From: an uncultured Gammaproteobacteria bacterium
Lineage (GTDB): Bacteria > Patescibacteriota > Microgenomatia > Daviesbacterales > UBA10151
Reading direction: 5' to 3'
Length of the DNA: 64,000 nt
NCBI GenBank assembly: GCA_964523905.1
Contig: CAZFYQ010000002.1
Coordinates: forward strand, 66,177-130,176
Shown: positions 1 to 7,970 of the stretch, piece by piece
How positions within the stretch are numbered: position 1 is the first letter of the stretch
How the letters are laid out: each line of letters opens with the position of its first letter
Notes under the pieces: model-generated
The model's database searches: none
What the model was told of the DNA's origin: nothing
What the model saw: the letters and a program-made list of their open reading frames with translations, nothing else
Program-made: the position numbers and the translations under genes

Positions 1-365
1 TTTATCCAGGTTGTGTTTTTAGGTAATAAGTGTTTGGCTTTTTCGGCCCATTCCACGAGTACTAAATTTTCCGGATTGTTAAAAATTTCTTCCAAACCTA
101 TGCCGGTGAAATCTTCCAAACGATACAGATCAATGTGATAAAGTGTTTTTTCGGTGTTGGGAATTTGGTGAAGGCGGATTAGCACAAAAGTCGGAGAGAT
201 AATTTTTTCTGTTATTCCTAAGGCTTTGGCAAAGCCCTGGACGAAGGTAGTTTTGCCGGCACCTAAGCCTCCTGATAAAGCAATTACTCCGTTATTAAAT
301 TCTTTAGCCAGTTTGGCTGCCAGCTGCTTGGTTTCTACATCAGACTTAGTTAGGAATTGTTTCAT
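1..365 (-). CDS. tsaE: tRNA threonylcarbamoyladenosine biosynthesis ATPase TsaE (3' end truncated by window edge)
   Basis: Not in the ORF track. Manual translation from ATG 365: MKQFLTKSDVETKQLA...VIALSGGLGAGKTTFVQGFAKALG...SPTFVL...HIDLYRL...LVEWAE, which has the TsaE Walker A, SPTF, H.DLYR and EW motifs. Confidence 0.95.
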   Translation of the reverse strand, partial: MKQFLTKSDVETKQLAAKLAKEFNNGVIALSGGLGAGKTTFVQGFAKALGITEKIISPTFVLIRLHQIPNTEKTLYHIDLYRLEDFTGIGLEEIFNNPENLVLVEWAEKAKHLLPKNTTWI

Positions 366-1110
366 GACTTTTTCTACTGCGTAAGTATATAAAACCTAAA
401 GAGCCAAGTCCACCCAGGACTAAAATTCCTCCAATCCAGGGCAGAAAATTAAATAGTTGCTGACCAGCTACTTCGGTTTTAGTGTTTGGTTGAGGAGATG
501 GGGTAGTGGCAACTCCAGCAATTGAGGCAATTTGATAATCGGTTTTTGCAGCAGATGAAGCAGGAGAATTATTTCTTTGGCTTAGAATAGTGTATGCAGA
601 AACTGAGTTTGCTGAAGTAGTTGGAGTTTTAGTGACAGCAGAAACAGGAGTATTGGTCGGAATTTTTGGAGTTGGTGTGGGTGTTGGTGTTTTGGTGGGC
701 GTTGGAGTGGGTTTAGTTGTGGGAATTACAGTAGCAGTAGGTGCTGTTGTCGGTGTATCTGCAGCTGCCGCAAGGCTAAAAGACCAAATAGTACTCCAGT
801 CGCTCCAATTGCCACTGCTATCTTTGGCCTTTACTCGCCAATACCAGTTACCATAACTCAAAGTCGGTGCGTAATGAGTGTTACTAGTATAGTAATCTTT
901 ATTCAATGAACCAAAGCCAGAATCATCATCGACTTGTACACGATAAGGGTTGGAAGAATAAAGAGCATAGCTGGGTGCTTGCCAGTTTAAAGTGCTGGAT
1001 GACACAGTAGAATTATTTTCAGGACTACTTAGTGAAGGAGCGTCACCTGCATATACAGGAAAAGCAAATAATATGCTAGCCACAATGATCAGCAAGACGG
1101 TACGGATCAC
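346..1110 (-). CDS. Secreted/membrane-anchored protein: Fn3/Ig-like domain, Thr/Pro-rich linker, C-terminal TM anchor
   Basis: Signal peptide ending VYA; Y.VQVDDD..F and WYWRVKAKD..GNWSDWS (Fn3-like); PTPTPTKTPTPTP stalk; hydrophobic C-terminal helix followed by RSRK. Confidence 0.8.
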   Translation of the reverse strand: MIRTVLLIIVASILFAFPVYAGDAPSLSSPENNSTVSSSTLNWQAPSYALYSSNPYRVQVDDDSGFGSLNKDYYTSNTHYAPTLSYGNWYWRVKAKDSSGNWSDWSTIWSFSLAAAADTPTTAPTATVIPTTKPTPTPTKTPTPTPTPKIPTNTPVSAVTKTPTTSANSVSAYTILSQRNNSPASSAAKTDYQIASIAGVATTPSPQPNTKTEVAGQQLFNFLPWIGGILVLGGLGSLGFIYLRSRKSHETIPN

Positions 1111-1122
1111 GACAATATAATA

Positions 1123-2388
1123 TCACAACAGATGCCAGTAAAGAGCGACCAGGCCGATGCCGGAATCAATTACTAAACCTTTGGCTGGACCATGATCAAA
1201 GTTAATGCCGTTTATATTATTACCCGGACAGCCTGAGTCAGATAAAGAATATGAAGTACCATCAAAAGTTGCTAAAAGCGGAGTGCCAACAAAAGCATCA
1301 TCATATATATCCAGTCCGGTATGTTTTCCCAAAGCATAAATTTGGCCAAATTCCGTACTAATATGAGTTGATGTGGGATATCCCTGCATGGGCGGGCCAA
1401 TCTGGTTATTGTCCAGATAACTATGTGGATTAACTAAATAAGTCCAAATCCGGTTTGCATCACTTGATGAAGAAACCGGGACACCGGTGGTTTTATCCAC
1501 AATTGCCCCTTTTTGCACTTTGGCATTTTGGTAAATTTCAAAGTGCAAGTGTGGTCCGCTAGTACAACCAGTTAGACCCTCCTGAGCAATTACCTCACCT
1601 TTTTTAACCGGTCCAATTACAGTGCCAACATTATTAATAGCCCGGGCAATTGAATCCGCATCGGCTTTTAACTGAGTAATTAAAGCTTGATAGCGGGTTT
1701 CATTATTTTTGGTTAGTCGAAGTAGTTGGTCTTTACTTTGCTTTTGAGAATCTAACTGTTTTTGGTAACCGGCTAACTGTTGATTTAACCTCTCTTCCTC
1801 TAGCTGTTTATTTTGTTTATCCTGTTTTTGGTCATCATAGGAAAGTTTAGTGGCTTGCAGTTCATATAACTTTTGTTTTTCATAGGCCTGAGCGATTTGA
1901 ACATATTTAAATTTTTCCAACAGATCGCTAAATCCTTTGGCAGAAAACAGCAAGTTAAAGCTGCTGACAGTTTGATCATATTTGTAGGTTTGGATTATTC
2001 GAGCGATTAACAAATCAGATAAGCTGTCAACACTTACGCTAATTTGAGTAATATGCAAAGACAGGTTATTAATATCACGCTCAAGTTTAGCCAGATTTAA
2101 CTGAGTATCTTTTATTTTTAAATTAGTAACTTGGGTTTGTCCGTCAATAATATTTAACTGGGACTGCAGAGTATTTTCATTTTGTGATTCTTTATTATAA
2201 AGTTGCTGGCACTGGTTAATTAAATCATCTAAGCAGGCTTTTTTTTGATCTAATTGATCTGCAGGTATTTGGTCACATTTACTACTATCACTACAGCTTT
2301 GAGCGTAAACAGGAGTCAGGCTGTAGGCAACAGGCAACAGTAAAACTATTAAACTAATGCCTAATGCCTGTAGCCTATTGCCTCTCAT
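1123..2388 (-). CDS. Coiled-coil murein hydrolase (EnvC/PcsB-like) with permuted M23 peptidase domain
   Basis: Signal peptide, long coiled coil, GLTGCTSGPHLHFE (HxH) and HTGLD (HxxxD) motifs, C-terminal LYWHL; lies downstream of ftsEX. Confidence 0.85.
   Translation of the reverse strand: MRGNRLQALGISLIVLLLPVAYSLTPVYAQSCSDSSKCDQIPADQLDQKKACLDDLINQCQQLYNKESQNENTLQSQLNIIDGQTQVTNLKIKDTQLNLAKLERDINNLSLHITQISVSVDSLSDLLIARIIQTYKYDQTVSSFNLLFSAKGFSDLLEKFKYVQIAQAYEKQKLYELQATKLSYDDQKQDKQNKQLEEERLNQQLAGYQKQLDSQKQSKDQLLRLTKNNETRYQALITQLKADADSIARAINNVGTVIGPVKKGEVIAQEGLTGCTSGPHLHFEIYQNAKVQKGAIVDKTTGVPVSSSSDANRIWTYLVNPHSYLDNNQIGPPMQGYPTSTHISTEFGQIYALGKHTGLDIYDDAFVGTPLLATFDGTSYSLSDSGCPGNNINGINFDHGPAKGLVIDSGIGLVALYWHLL
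2310..2384. repeat. Two opposed heptamer tandem arrays in the signal-peptide coding region
   Basis: CAGGAGT CAGGCTG TAGGCAA CAGGCAA CAG (2310-2340) and CTAATGC CTAATGC CTGTAGC CTATTGC CT (2354-2383). Confidence 0.75.
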
Positions 2389-3608
2389 TAGAAAGTAACT
2401 TTGTCAATTTCATGAATGCTGCCAATAGAATAATGGTCAGTAAAACTAATGTTGTGGCCGTTTGGCACAAATGGATCATTCATTTTATAATTTCCTCCAG
2501 AGCCACTTAGTAATACTACAAAATGATCTGGTCCCCTGCCAATTCCCACAATCACCGGGCGTCCGGCTGCCAGCTCTCCGTCAATTACTGACCCGGCTCT
2601 GCTTGATGAAATGCCATTAGCACTGATGCTGTATTTCAAAAAAGTGGGAGCATAGGCTGCAAAATTATCAGAATTAGCATTAATAGACAAAGGGGTGACG
2701 TCTTTATGACCGTAGTGGGTATAGACCATGGCCATGGAAGTCATTAAACAGCCAATATCAGCAATCCGATCACCGGTTCCATTTAAACCAACATTGCCCC
2801 ATTGAGAATCGCGCTGATTATAATAACAACCCCATTCATCACAAACTGTTTGTCCGGATAATATACTGGAATTTCCACCGGTAAAGGAAGTAAATCCGGC
2901 TAGTTGTGATTGGGCCTGGGCCAGTAATTTCTCATAAGTGGCCTCATTACCCTGAGTTTCGGAAAGCAGTTCCTGCTTGGTTTTTTTCTGATCAGTCAAT
3001 TGTTTTTGGTAAGTATCCAAATCTTTGCTAAGTTTTTCAGCTTCAGCCTGGCGCGTTACTTTATCCTGTTTTTGGTCGTTATAATCTAGCTTGGTAGCCT
3101 GCAGCTCATATAATTTTTGTTTATCATAGGCCTGGGCCACCTGGATATATTTTAATCTTTCTAAAAGATCAGTAATATTTCCAGAGGAAAAGATTAAATT
3201 AAAAGCTGAATCAGTATTGCCGTATTTATAGGTTTGGACAATTCTTTTGAGTAGCAGTTCTGATAAAGAATCCAAGGTACCGGAAATGCGATCAATTCTA
3301 GTTCCCAAATCAGAGATTTGACGCTTTAAAGTAGCTATTTTGGCATTAGTTTCTTGAATTTTTAAATTAGTTACTTTAGTTTGTCCATCAATAATAGCCA
3401 GTTGGGAAGTTAAGGTTTTTTCTTGGCCGCGGGTGACTTGCAGTTGTTGCTCACATTTATTAGTGACATCAGTTAAACAAGATACATCATCGGATCCGCA
3501 AGCTGAGGGATCACAACTTGCTTCAGCATAAACAGGGTACAGGGTGTAGGGTACAGGGTATAGGGTTAAAAATAGTAAAAAGAAATACAGTCGGATTTTC
3601 TTCATCAT
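2388..3608 (-). CDS. Coiled-coil protein with C-terminal C39-like cysteine peptidase
   Basis: Signal peptide and coiled coil, then YYNQRD..W, GCLMTSMAMV (Cys), GRPVIV, HFVVL (His) and NDP (Asp), the Peptidase_C39_2-like pattern. Confidence 0.8.
   Translation of the reverse strand: MMKKIRLYFFLLFLTLYPVPYTLYPVYAEASCDPSACGSDDVSCLTDVTNKCEQQLQVTRGQEKTLTSQLAIIDGQTKVTNLKIQETNAKIATLKRQISDLGTRIDRISGTLDSLSELLLKRIVQTYKYGNTDSAFNLIFSSGNITDLLERLKYIQVAQAYDKQKLYELQATKLDYNDQKQDKVTRQAEAEKLSKDLDTYQKQLTDQKKTKQELLSETQGNEATYEKLLAQAQSQLAGFTSFTGGNSSILSGQTVCDEWGCYYNQRDSQWGNVGLNGTGDRIADIGCLMTSMAMVYTHYGHKDVTPLSINANSDNFAAYAPTFLKYSISANGISSSRAGSVIDGELAAGRPVIVGIGRGPDHFVVLLSGSGGNYKMNDPFVPNGHNISFTDHYSIGSIHEIDKVTF
3533..3567. 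repeat. 5x heptamer (C/T)AGGGT(A/G/T) tandem repeat encoding TLYPVPYTLYPV
   Basis: CAGGGTA CAGGGTG TAGGGTA CAGGGTA TAGGGTT read directly. Confidence 0.85.
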
Positions 3609-3617
3609 GTAGTTCCA

Positions 3618-4490
3618 TTAAATTTTTAGGTAACGTCTGACAGCGCTAAATGAACCAAAGCCGCCAATAATACAGGCAGCAAGTATTGCTGCTCCCAAAA
3701 TAGCTAACATAAATAATGGACTGACCGGAAGCAGTTTGACATCTCCTAAATAGCTTTGCAAAAAAGGTGTAAAATACCACAAAAGTCCATAAACAACTAC
3801 CCAGGCTGATAAAGCTCCGGCAACTCCGTAAAAAATACCTTCCAGTAAAAACGGATTGCGGATAAAACTAGGGGATGCTCCTAAAAGCCGCATGATTTCA
3901 ATCTCATTTCTTTTTAAACGGATTTTAAAACCAATAATCATCACCACCACCAAAGTGGCAAAGATCATTAAAAAGCCAACAATTGCCGAGCCCACTGTAC
4001 GGATAATCGTAGTCACTGAAGTTAAGGTGGCAACAACATCTTCAGGGACAATTACTTCTGAAACTGCCGGTTCTTTTTTCAAAATTTCAGCCACCGGCTT
4101 TAAATCTTGCGGATCTTGGGTAGAAATTTCCAAAGATGCCGGGAGGATGCTGGAAGTTACCAGTTCAAGGAGTGCCGGGTCATTTTGATTTTTCTGCTGA
4201 TAGATTTTTAAAGCATCCTCCTTGGAAACATATTTGGTTTTAGTAACCCGGGGTTCTTTTGATAGCGCATTTTGAATGGCTGTTACATCAGCTGGAGTAG
4301 TGCCATCTTTGAAAAAAGCAATCACCTGAGGTTTACTTTCAAAATACTTTAATGAGGCCTCACTGCCTGCTGCTACCAGAATAAAAACAAACAGCGCCAG
4401 GAAAGTTAAAAACATCACCATTGAGGCAGCAATCGCCTGCATTGGAGTTCTTCTGATATTTTTCTTGGCAAAAGTAATGGCGCGTGACAT
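3618..4490 (-). CDS. ftsX: Cell division permease FtsX
   Basis: N-terminal TM, YVSKEDAL, LPASLEI, R.NEIEIMRLLGAS..FIRNPFLLEG; adjacent to ftsE. Confidence 0.95.
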   Translation of the reverse strand: MSRAITFAKKNIRRTPMQAIAASMVMFLTFLALFVFILVAAGSEASLKYFESKPQVIAFFKDGTTPADVTAIQNALSKEPRVTKTKYVSKEDALKIYQQKNQNDPALLELVTSSILPASLEISTQDPQDLKPVAEILKKEPAVSEVIVPEDVVATLTSVTTIIRTVGSAIVGFLMIFATLVVVMIIGFKIRLKRNEIEIMRLLGASPSFIRNPFLLEGIFYGVAGALSAWVVVYGLLWYFTPFLQSYLGDVKLLPVSPLFMLAILGAAILAACIIGGFGSFSAVRRYLKI

Positions 4491-5170
4491 TAGTGTAAAG
4501 TGTATTTCCCTTCTTTAGAATCAGACATTACTTTGCCTTTTTTTAAAGCAATCACCCGCCGTTTTAAAGTATTAACAATTTCCTGGTTGTGAGTAGCCAT
4601 TACAATAGTGGTGCCCCAGGAGTTTATCTCATTTAACAGCTGGATCACGCCCCAGGCTGTTTTAGGATCCAAGTCGCCAGTTGGCTCATCAGCCAGCAGT
4701 ACATCTGGTTTACCAACAATCGCCCTGGCAATTACGGTTCTTTGTGCCTCGCCCCCAGACAGCTGTCTAGGGAATAAATTGCGACGATCCCAAATTTCGA
4801 CCAGTTTTAAAATGTGCTCGACCTGTTTTTCTATTTCACTATCATTTTTCCCCAGCACTTCCAGAGTTAAAGCGACATTTTCAAAAACCGTGCGATCATC
4901 TAATAATTTAAAATCTTGGAAGACAGTACCGACTTTACGACGAAGAGCTGGGATTTCCGAATCCTTCATTTTAGTGATATCAGCATGTCCTACCTTGATA
5001 GTGCCGGAGGTAATGCCGGTTTCTCTGGTTAAAATTCGAAGCAGCGTGGATTTACCAGCGCCGGAAGGACCAACAATAAATACAAATTCACCCTGTTTAA
5101 TCTCTAAAGAGATATCCTCAAGGGCAAACGTCGAACCGAACTTCTTGGAGACAGATTCGAATAAGATCAT
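4490..5170 (-). CDS. ftsE: Cell division ATP-binding protein FtsE
   Basis: GPSGAGKST, LRRKVGTVFQDFKLL, LSGGEAQR, LADEPTGDLDP, ATHN. Confidence 0.95.
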   Translation of the reverse strand: MILFESVSKKFGSTFALEDISLEIKQGEFVFIVGPSGAGKSTLLRILTRETGITSGTIKVGHADITKMKDSEIPALRRKVGTVFQDFKLLDDRTVFENVALTLEVLGKNDSEIEKQVEHILKLVEIWDRRNLFPRQLSGGEAQRTVIARAIVGKPDVLLADEPTGDLDPKTAWGVIQLLNEINSWGTTIVMATHNQEIVNTLKRRVIALKKGKVMSDSKEGKYTLH

Positions 5171-5176
5171 TTAATT

Positions 5177-5620
5177 TCACTTTATTTCCTCAACCTTACC
5201 AACATCCATTAACCAGCCGGCATTTAAGGCTTTTTGAGTTTCACCGTAAACTTTAACTTTTTTACCTTCATATTTAGTTAAATCAACTACTGAGGAAGTT
5301 AGGGCCACTGGATCAGCGCCATCACGTTTTAAGATTTCCGTGCCTTCGGAATAATCTGAAGCATTTTTGTCTTTTGGTGTGACTACACCTTCAGCAAAAT
5401 CTTTGAAGGTAGTGGTATCTTGTTGAGCAGTTTTAGGAGCAACTCCGGGTAAGGAAATCGGGGAAACAGAGCCACCACCACCTTTGGTGGAAAGAATATA
5501 GCCACTGGCTACACCCAAAACTAAAGCAGCAATTAAAGTTCCCAGAAGCAGTCGTTTGGGATCGGAGGTTAACATTGGCTTGGTTAGCTTGTCTTCTGAG
5601 AATGTTTGAGATTCAATCAT
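5177..5620 (-). CDS. Membrane-anchored hypothetical protein (possible OB-fold)
   Basis: Single N-terminal TM; C-terminal DLTKYEGKKVKVYG...MDVGKVE is OB-like; first gene of the ftsEX run. Confidence 0.6.
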   Translation of the reverse strand: MIESQTFSEDKLTKPMLTSDPKRLLLGTLIAALVLGVASGYILSTKGGGGSVSPISLPGVAPKTAQQDTTTFKDFAEGVVTPKDKNASDYSEGTEILKRDGADPVALTSSVVDLTKYEGKKVKVYGETQKALNAGWLMDVGKVEEIK

Positions 5621-5662
5621 TACTACTTATAATAACCATAAACTGGGTACTTTGTCTACCCA

Positions 5663-6739
5663 CTAATTTGACGGAAGTTTAACCTCAGCTTCAATAAAAT
5701 CAGTTAAATCACCATCAAGCACTGCCTCAGTATCTGAGGTCTCCACATTGGTTCGTAAATCCTTAACCATATGGTAAGGATGTAGCACATAAGATCGAAT
5801 CTGCGTGCCCCAGGAAGCTTGAGTATTGCTGCCTTTTAGTTCGGTTTGTTCTTTTTTCTGCTGAGACTGCTTAAGTGCCCACAGTTTAGCTTTTAACATT
5901 TTTAAAGCATTTTCCCGATTTTGCAGCTGAGAACGTTCGGTTTGACAAGTCACAGTAATTCCGGTGGGAATATGTTTTAACCGAACAGCAGTTGAGACTT
6001 TATTAACATTTTGGCCACCGGCTCCACCAGAACGGAAGCTGTCAAATTCAATTTCATCATCTTTTAATTCTATTTCTTTGTTATCCTCAATCACTGGTAA
6101 AACCTCGACCAAAGCAAAGGAAGTTTGACGCAGCTTATCGGCATTAAAAGGGGATTGGCGAACCAACCGATGCGTGCCGGCCTCGCCTTTTAAATTACCA
6201 AAGGCATAAGTTACATGAACAATCATTGAAAAAGTCTTAAAACCCGCTTCTTCTCCGGGATTTTCATCAGTGATCTCAAATTTCCAGTCACTACGTTCAA
6301 AAAAACGCTGATACATGCGGGCTAACATGGCTGCCCAGTCCATGGCCTCAACTCCCCCGGCTCCGGAATGAATGGAAACAATAGCTTCAGAGCCGTCATA
6401 TGGACCTGATAGAAAAGTTTTTAGCTCAAAAGCTTTTAGAAGCTTTTCAATTTCCCTGGCTTCAGTGAAAAGTTCATCCTGCATTGAATTATCGGCAGCT
6501 AATTCCAAAGCATCATCAATGCGCTTTTCCATAAGCTCTAGACTTTCCAATTGTTTTTGCATGTCTGCTAGCTGTCGACTGACAACTGTGGCCTGCTCCC
6601 GGTCATTCCAAAACCCCTCCTTCATAGTCAAAGCTTCCTTCTCGCGAATTTCCGTGCGAAGAGAGTCCCGGTCAATTGACAAGGAAATCTTCCCAAACCG
6701 CTCTTTTAAATCATGTAATCTGGATTTTATTTCTTCCAT
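5663..6739 (-). CDS. prfB: Peptide chain release factor 2
   Basis: SPF specificity motif ([10 protein letters not shown]), GGQ (GAGGQNVNK), [13 protein letters not shown]. Start moved to ATG 6739, which lies 6 nt after a TATAAT box. Confidence 0.97.
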   Translation of the reverse strand: MEEIKSRLHDLKERFGKISLSIDRDSLRTEIREKEALTMKEGFWNDREQATVVSRQLADMQKQLESLELMEKRIDDALELAADNSMQDELFTEAREIEKLLKAFELKTFLSGPYDGSEAIVSIHSGAGGVEAMDWAAMLARMYQRFFERSDWKFEITDENPGEEAGFKTFSMIVHVTYAFGNLKGEAGTHRLVRQSPFNADKLRQTSFALVEVLPVIEDNKEIELKDDEIEFDSFRSGGAGGQNVNKVSTAVRLKHIPTGITVTCQTERSQLQNRENALKMLKAKLWALKQSQQKKEQTELKGSNTQASWGTQIRSYVLHPYHMVKDLRTNVETSDTEAVLDGDLTDFIEAEVKLPSN

Positions 6740-6805
6740 GAGGAAATTATATCCTATTCGCCACTTCGAAGCGTGGTTTGATCTCAACTGCTATAATACC
6801 CCCGT

Positions 6806-7255
6806 ATGGAATGGAAAAGGGGTTGGCAAGAATTAATGGCTCGCGCAAGAAGTTCTACCCCATCCCCGCATGCTGAGGTAGATGCTTTAGTGGACGGTCT
6901 ATATAATATGGCTGACGGTTGGAAAGCAGATGAGTCTTATAGATTATTGTTACCCCAACCTTACCAATTTTCTACTATTAAAGAAGTTTACCATGGTTTA
7001 CCAGAAATCACTGAAATGATTACAAGCATTGAAGGATGGAGTAGCAGGCTGCGCATTGTTTGTCATGCAGCGCCCCGCCAATTTTGGGTATTGGATATGC
7101 ATTATTCCAGGTCAAATCATAAAAGTGGAATCGATACACAAAGAACAATTAATTTTGCTGATCCCAGTTTTCGCATAAGAGTTATAGAAGAGGCACTCAC
7201 TGTTATTAATGACAATAAAGGTTTGGTGTATCAAGTACGTGGAGAAGAGGATTGA
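6806..7255 (+). CDS. Hypothetical protein
   Basis: 149-aa ORF filling the intergenic space, preceded by TGCTATAAT at 6789-6797; no recognised motif. Confidence 0.55.
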   Translation: MEWKRGWQELMARARSSTPSPHAEVDALVDGLYNMADGWKADESYRLLLPQPYQFSTIKEVYHGLPEITEMITSIEGWSSRLRIVCHAAPRQFWVLDMHYSRSNHKSGIDTQRTINFADPSFRIRVIEEALTVINDNKGLVYQVRGEED

Positions 7256-7259
7256 CTGA

Positions 7260-7292
7260 GTCATTGCGAGGAGCGAAGCGACGTGGCAATCT
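7260..7292. repeat. REP/RPE-like palindromic element
   Basis: GTCATTGCGAGGAGCGAAGCGACGTGGCAATCT has an ATTGC/GCAAT stem around a GCGAAGC mini-hairpin; it resembles widespread Rickettsia-palindromic-element-like repeats. Confidence 0.7.
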
Positions 7293-7317
7293 TCTAAAAT
7301 TCCCTAGGTGTCAAGCT

Positions 7318-7343
7318 AGTCCACCTCCCAGGTGGACTTTTTT
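7318..7343 (+). terminator. Intrinsic terminator / REP-like hairpin between convergent genes
   Basis: AGTCCACCT-CCC-AGGTGGACT is a perfect 9-bp stem followed by a T run. Confidence 0.7.
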
Positions 7344-7356
7344 ATACTTCTAGATA

Positions 7357-7935
7357 CTACCTAATCTGTCTTCGTCTAATTAATAACATCGCGCTAAAAA
7401 GCCCATTTGCTATAGTCCAGCTGGCAGGGTATAACCAGGTCACAATACTATATTGTTGTAGAGCAAACAGACTAAGTCCATGTCGAAAAGTGTTTAATCC
7501 ATATAGAAAAAGAGTTTCTGAATGAGGTTTATTCCATGATTTACGAATAGTTGGCACAAAGCCTAACATATCAGTTAAGGATACTAAAATAACTGAGAGT
7601 ACCGGCTGTTTTGCTATTACCCAAAGAAATAGAGCAATAAAAGAAAGAATTAAAAACAAAGTATCTAGTTTTGTTATATCTTGTTTACCATTTCTCAAAC
7701 CAAGTAAAAATACAGTAAAGCAGGCAATGACAATGGATAGAGTAATCCATGCACCAGCACCGGCACCGCCCTGAACTTGTAATCCAAATGCAATCGCAGT
7801 AACCAGTGCCCAGATAAACCAAGTATAAATATGGGGAGTAGTTTTTCCATTTAAAGTATCTCGAATATATGGAAAGTAGCCGACAAAAGTTAAAACAACA
7901 GCAATTACACTAATAGTAGTTTTTAGATCCAGCAT
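7357..7935 (-). CDS. Integral membrane protein with two PQ-loop-like repeats
   Basis: About 7 TM; FPYIRDTL.GKT.PH..TW and VPTIRKSW.KP.SET repeats. Confidence 0.6.
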   Translation of the reverse strand: MLDLKTTISVIAVVLTFVGYFPYIRDTLNGKTTPHIYTWFIWALVTAIAFGLQVQGGAGAGAWITLSIVIACFTVFLLGLRNGKQDITKLDTLFLILSFIALFLWVIAKQPVLSVILVSLTDMLGFVPTIRKSWNKPHSETLFLYGLNTFRHGLSLFALQQYSIVTWLYPASWTIANGLFSAMLLIRRRQIR

Positions 7936-7941
7936 ATCTGC

Positions 7942-7964
7942 AGTATAACAAAAAGTGGTAAAAT
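7942..7964. promoter_or_regulatory. Back-to-back extended -10 promoters, each 6 nt from an ATG
   Basis: Minus strand: TGTTATACT-GCAGAT-ATG(7935). Plus strand: TGGTAAAAT-CTGACC-ATG(7971). Confidence 0.7.
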
Positions 7965-7970
7965 CTGACC

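Noticed and set aside
650-770. GT-rich repeat as a separate DNA element
   Set aside because: It is explained by the Thr/Pro codons of the stalk in 346-1110.
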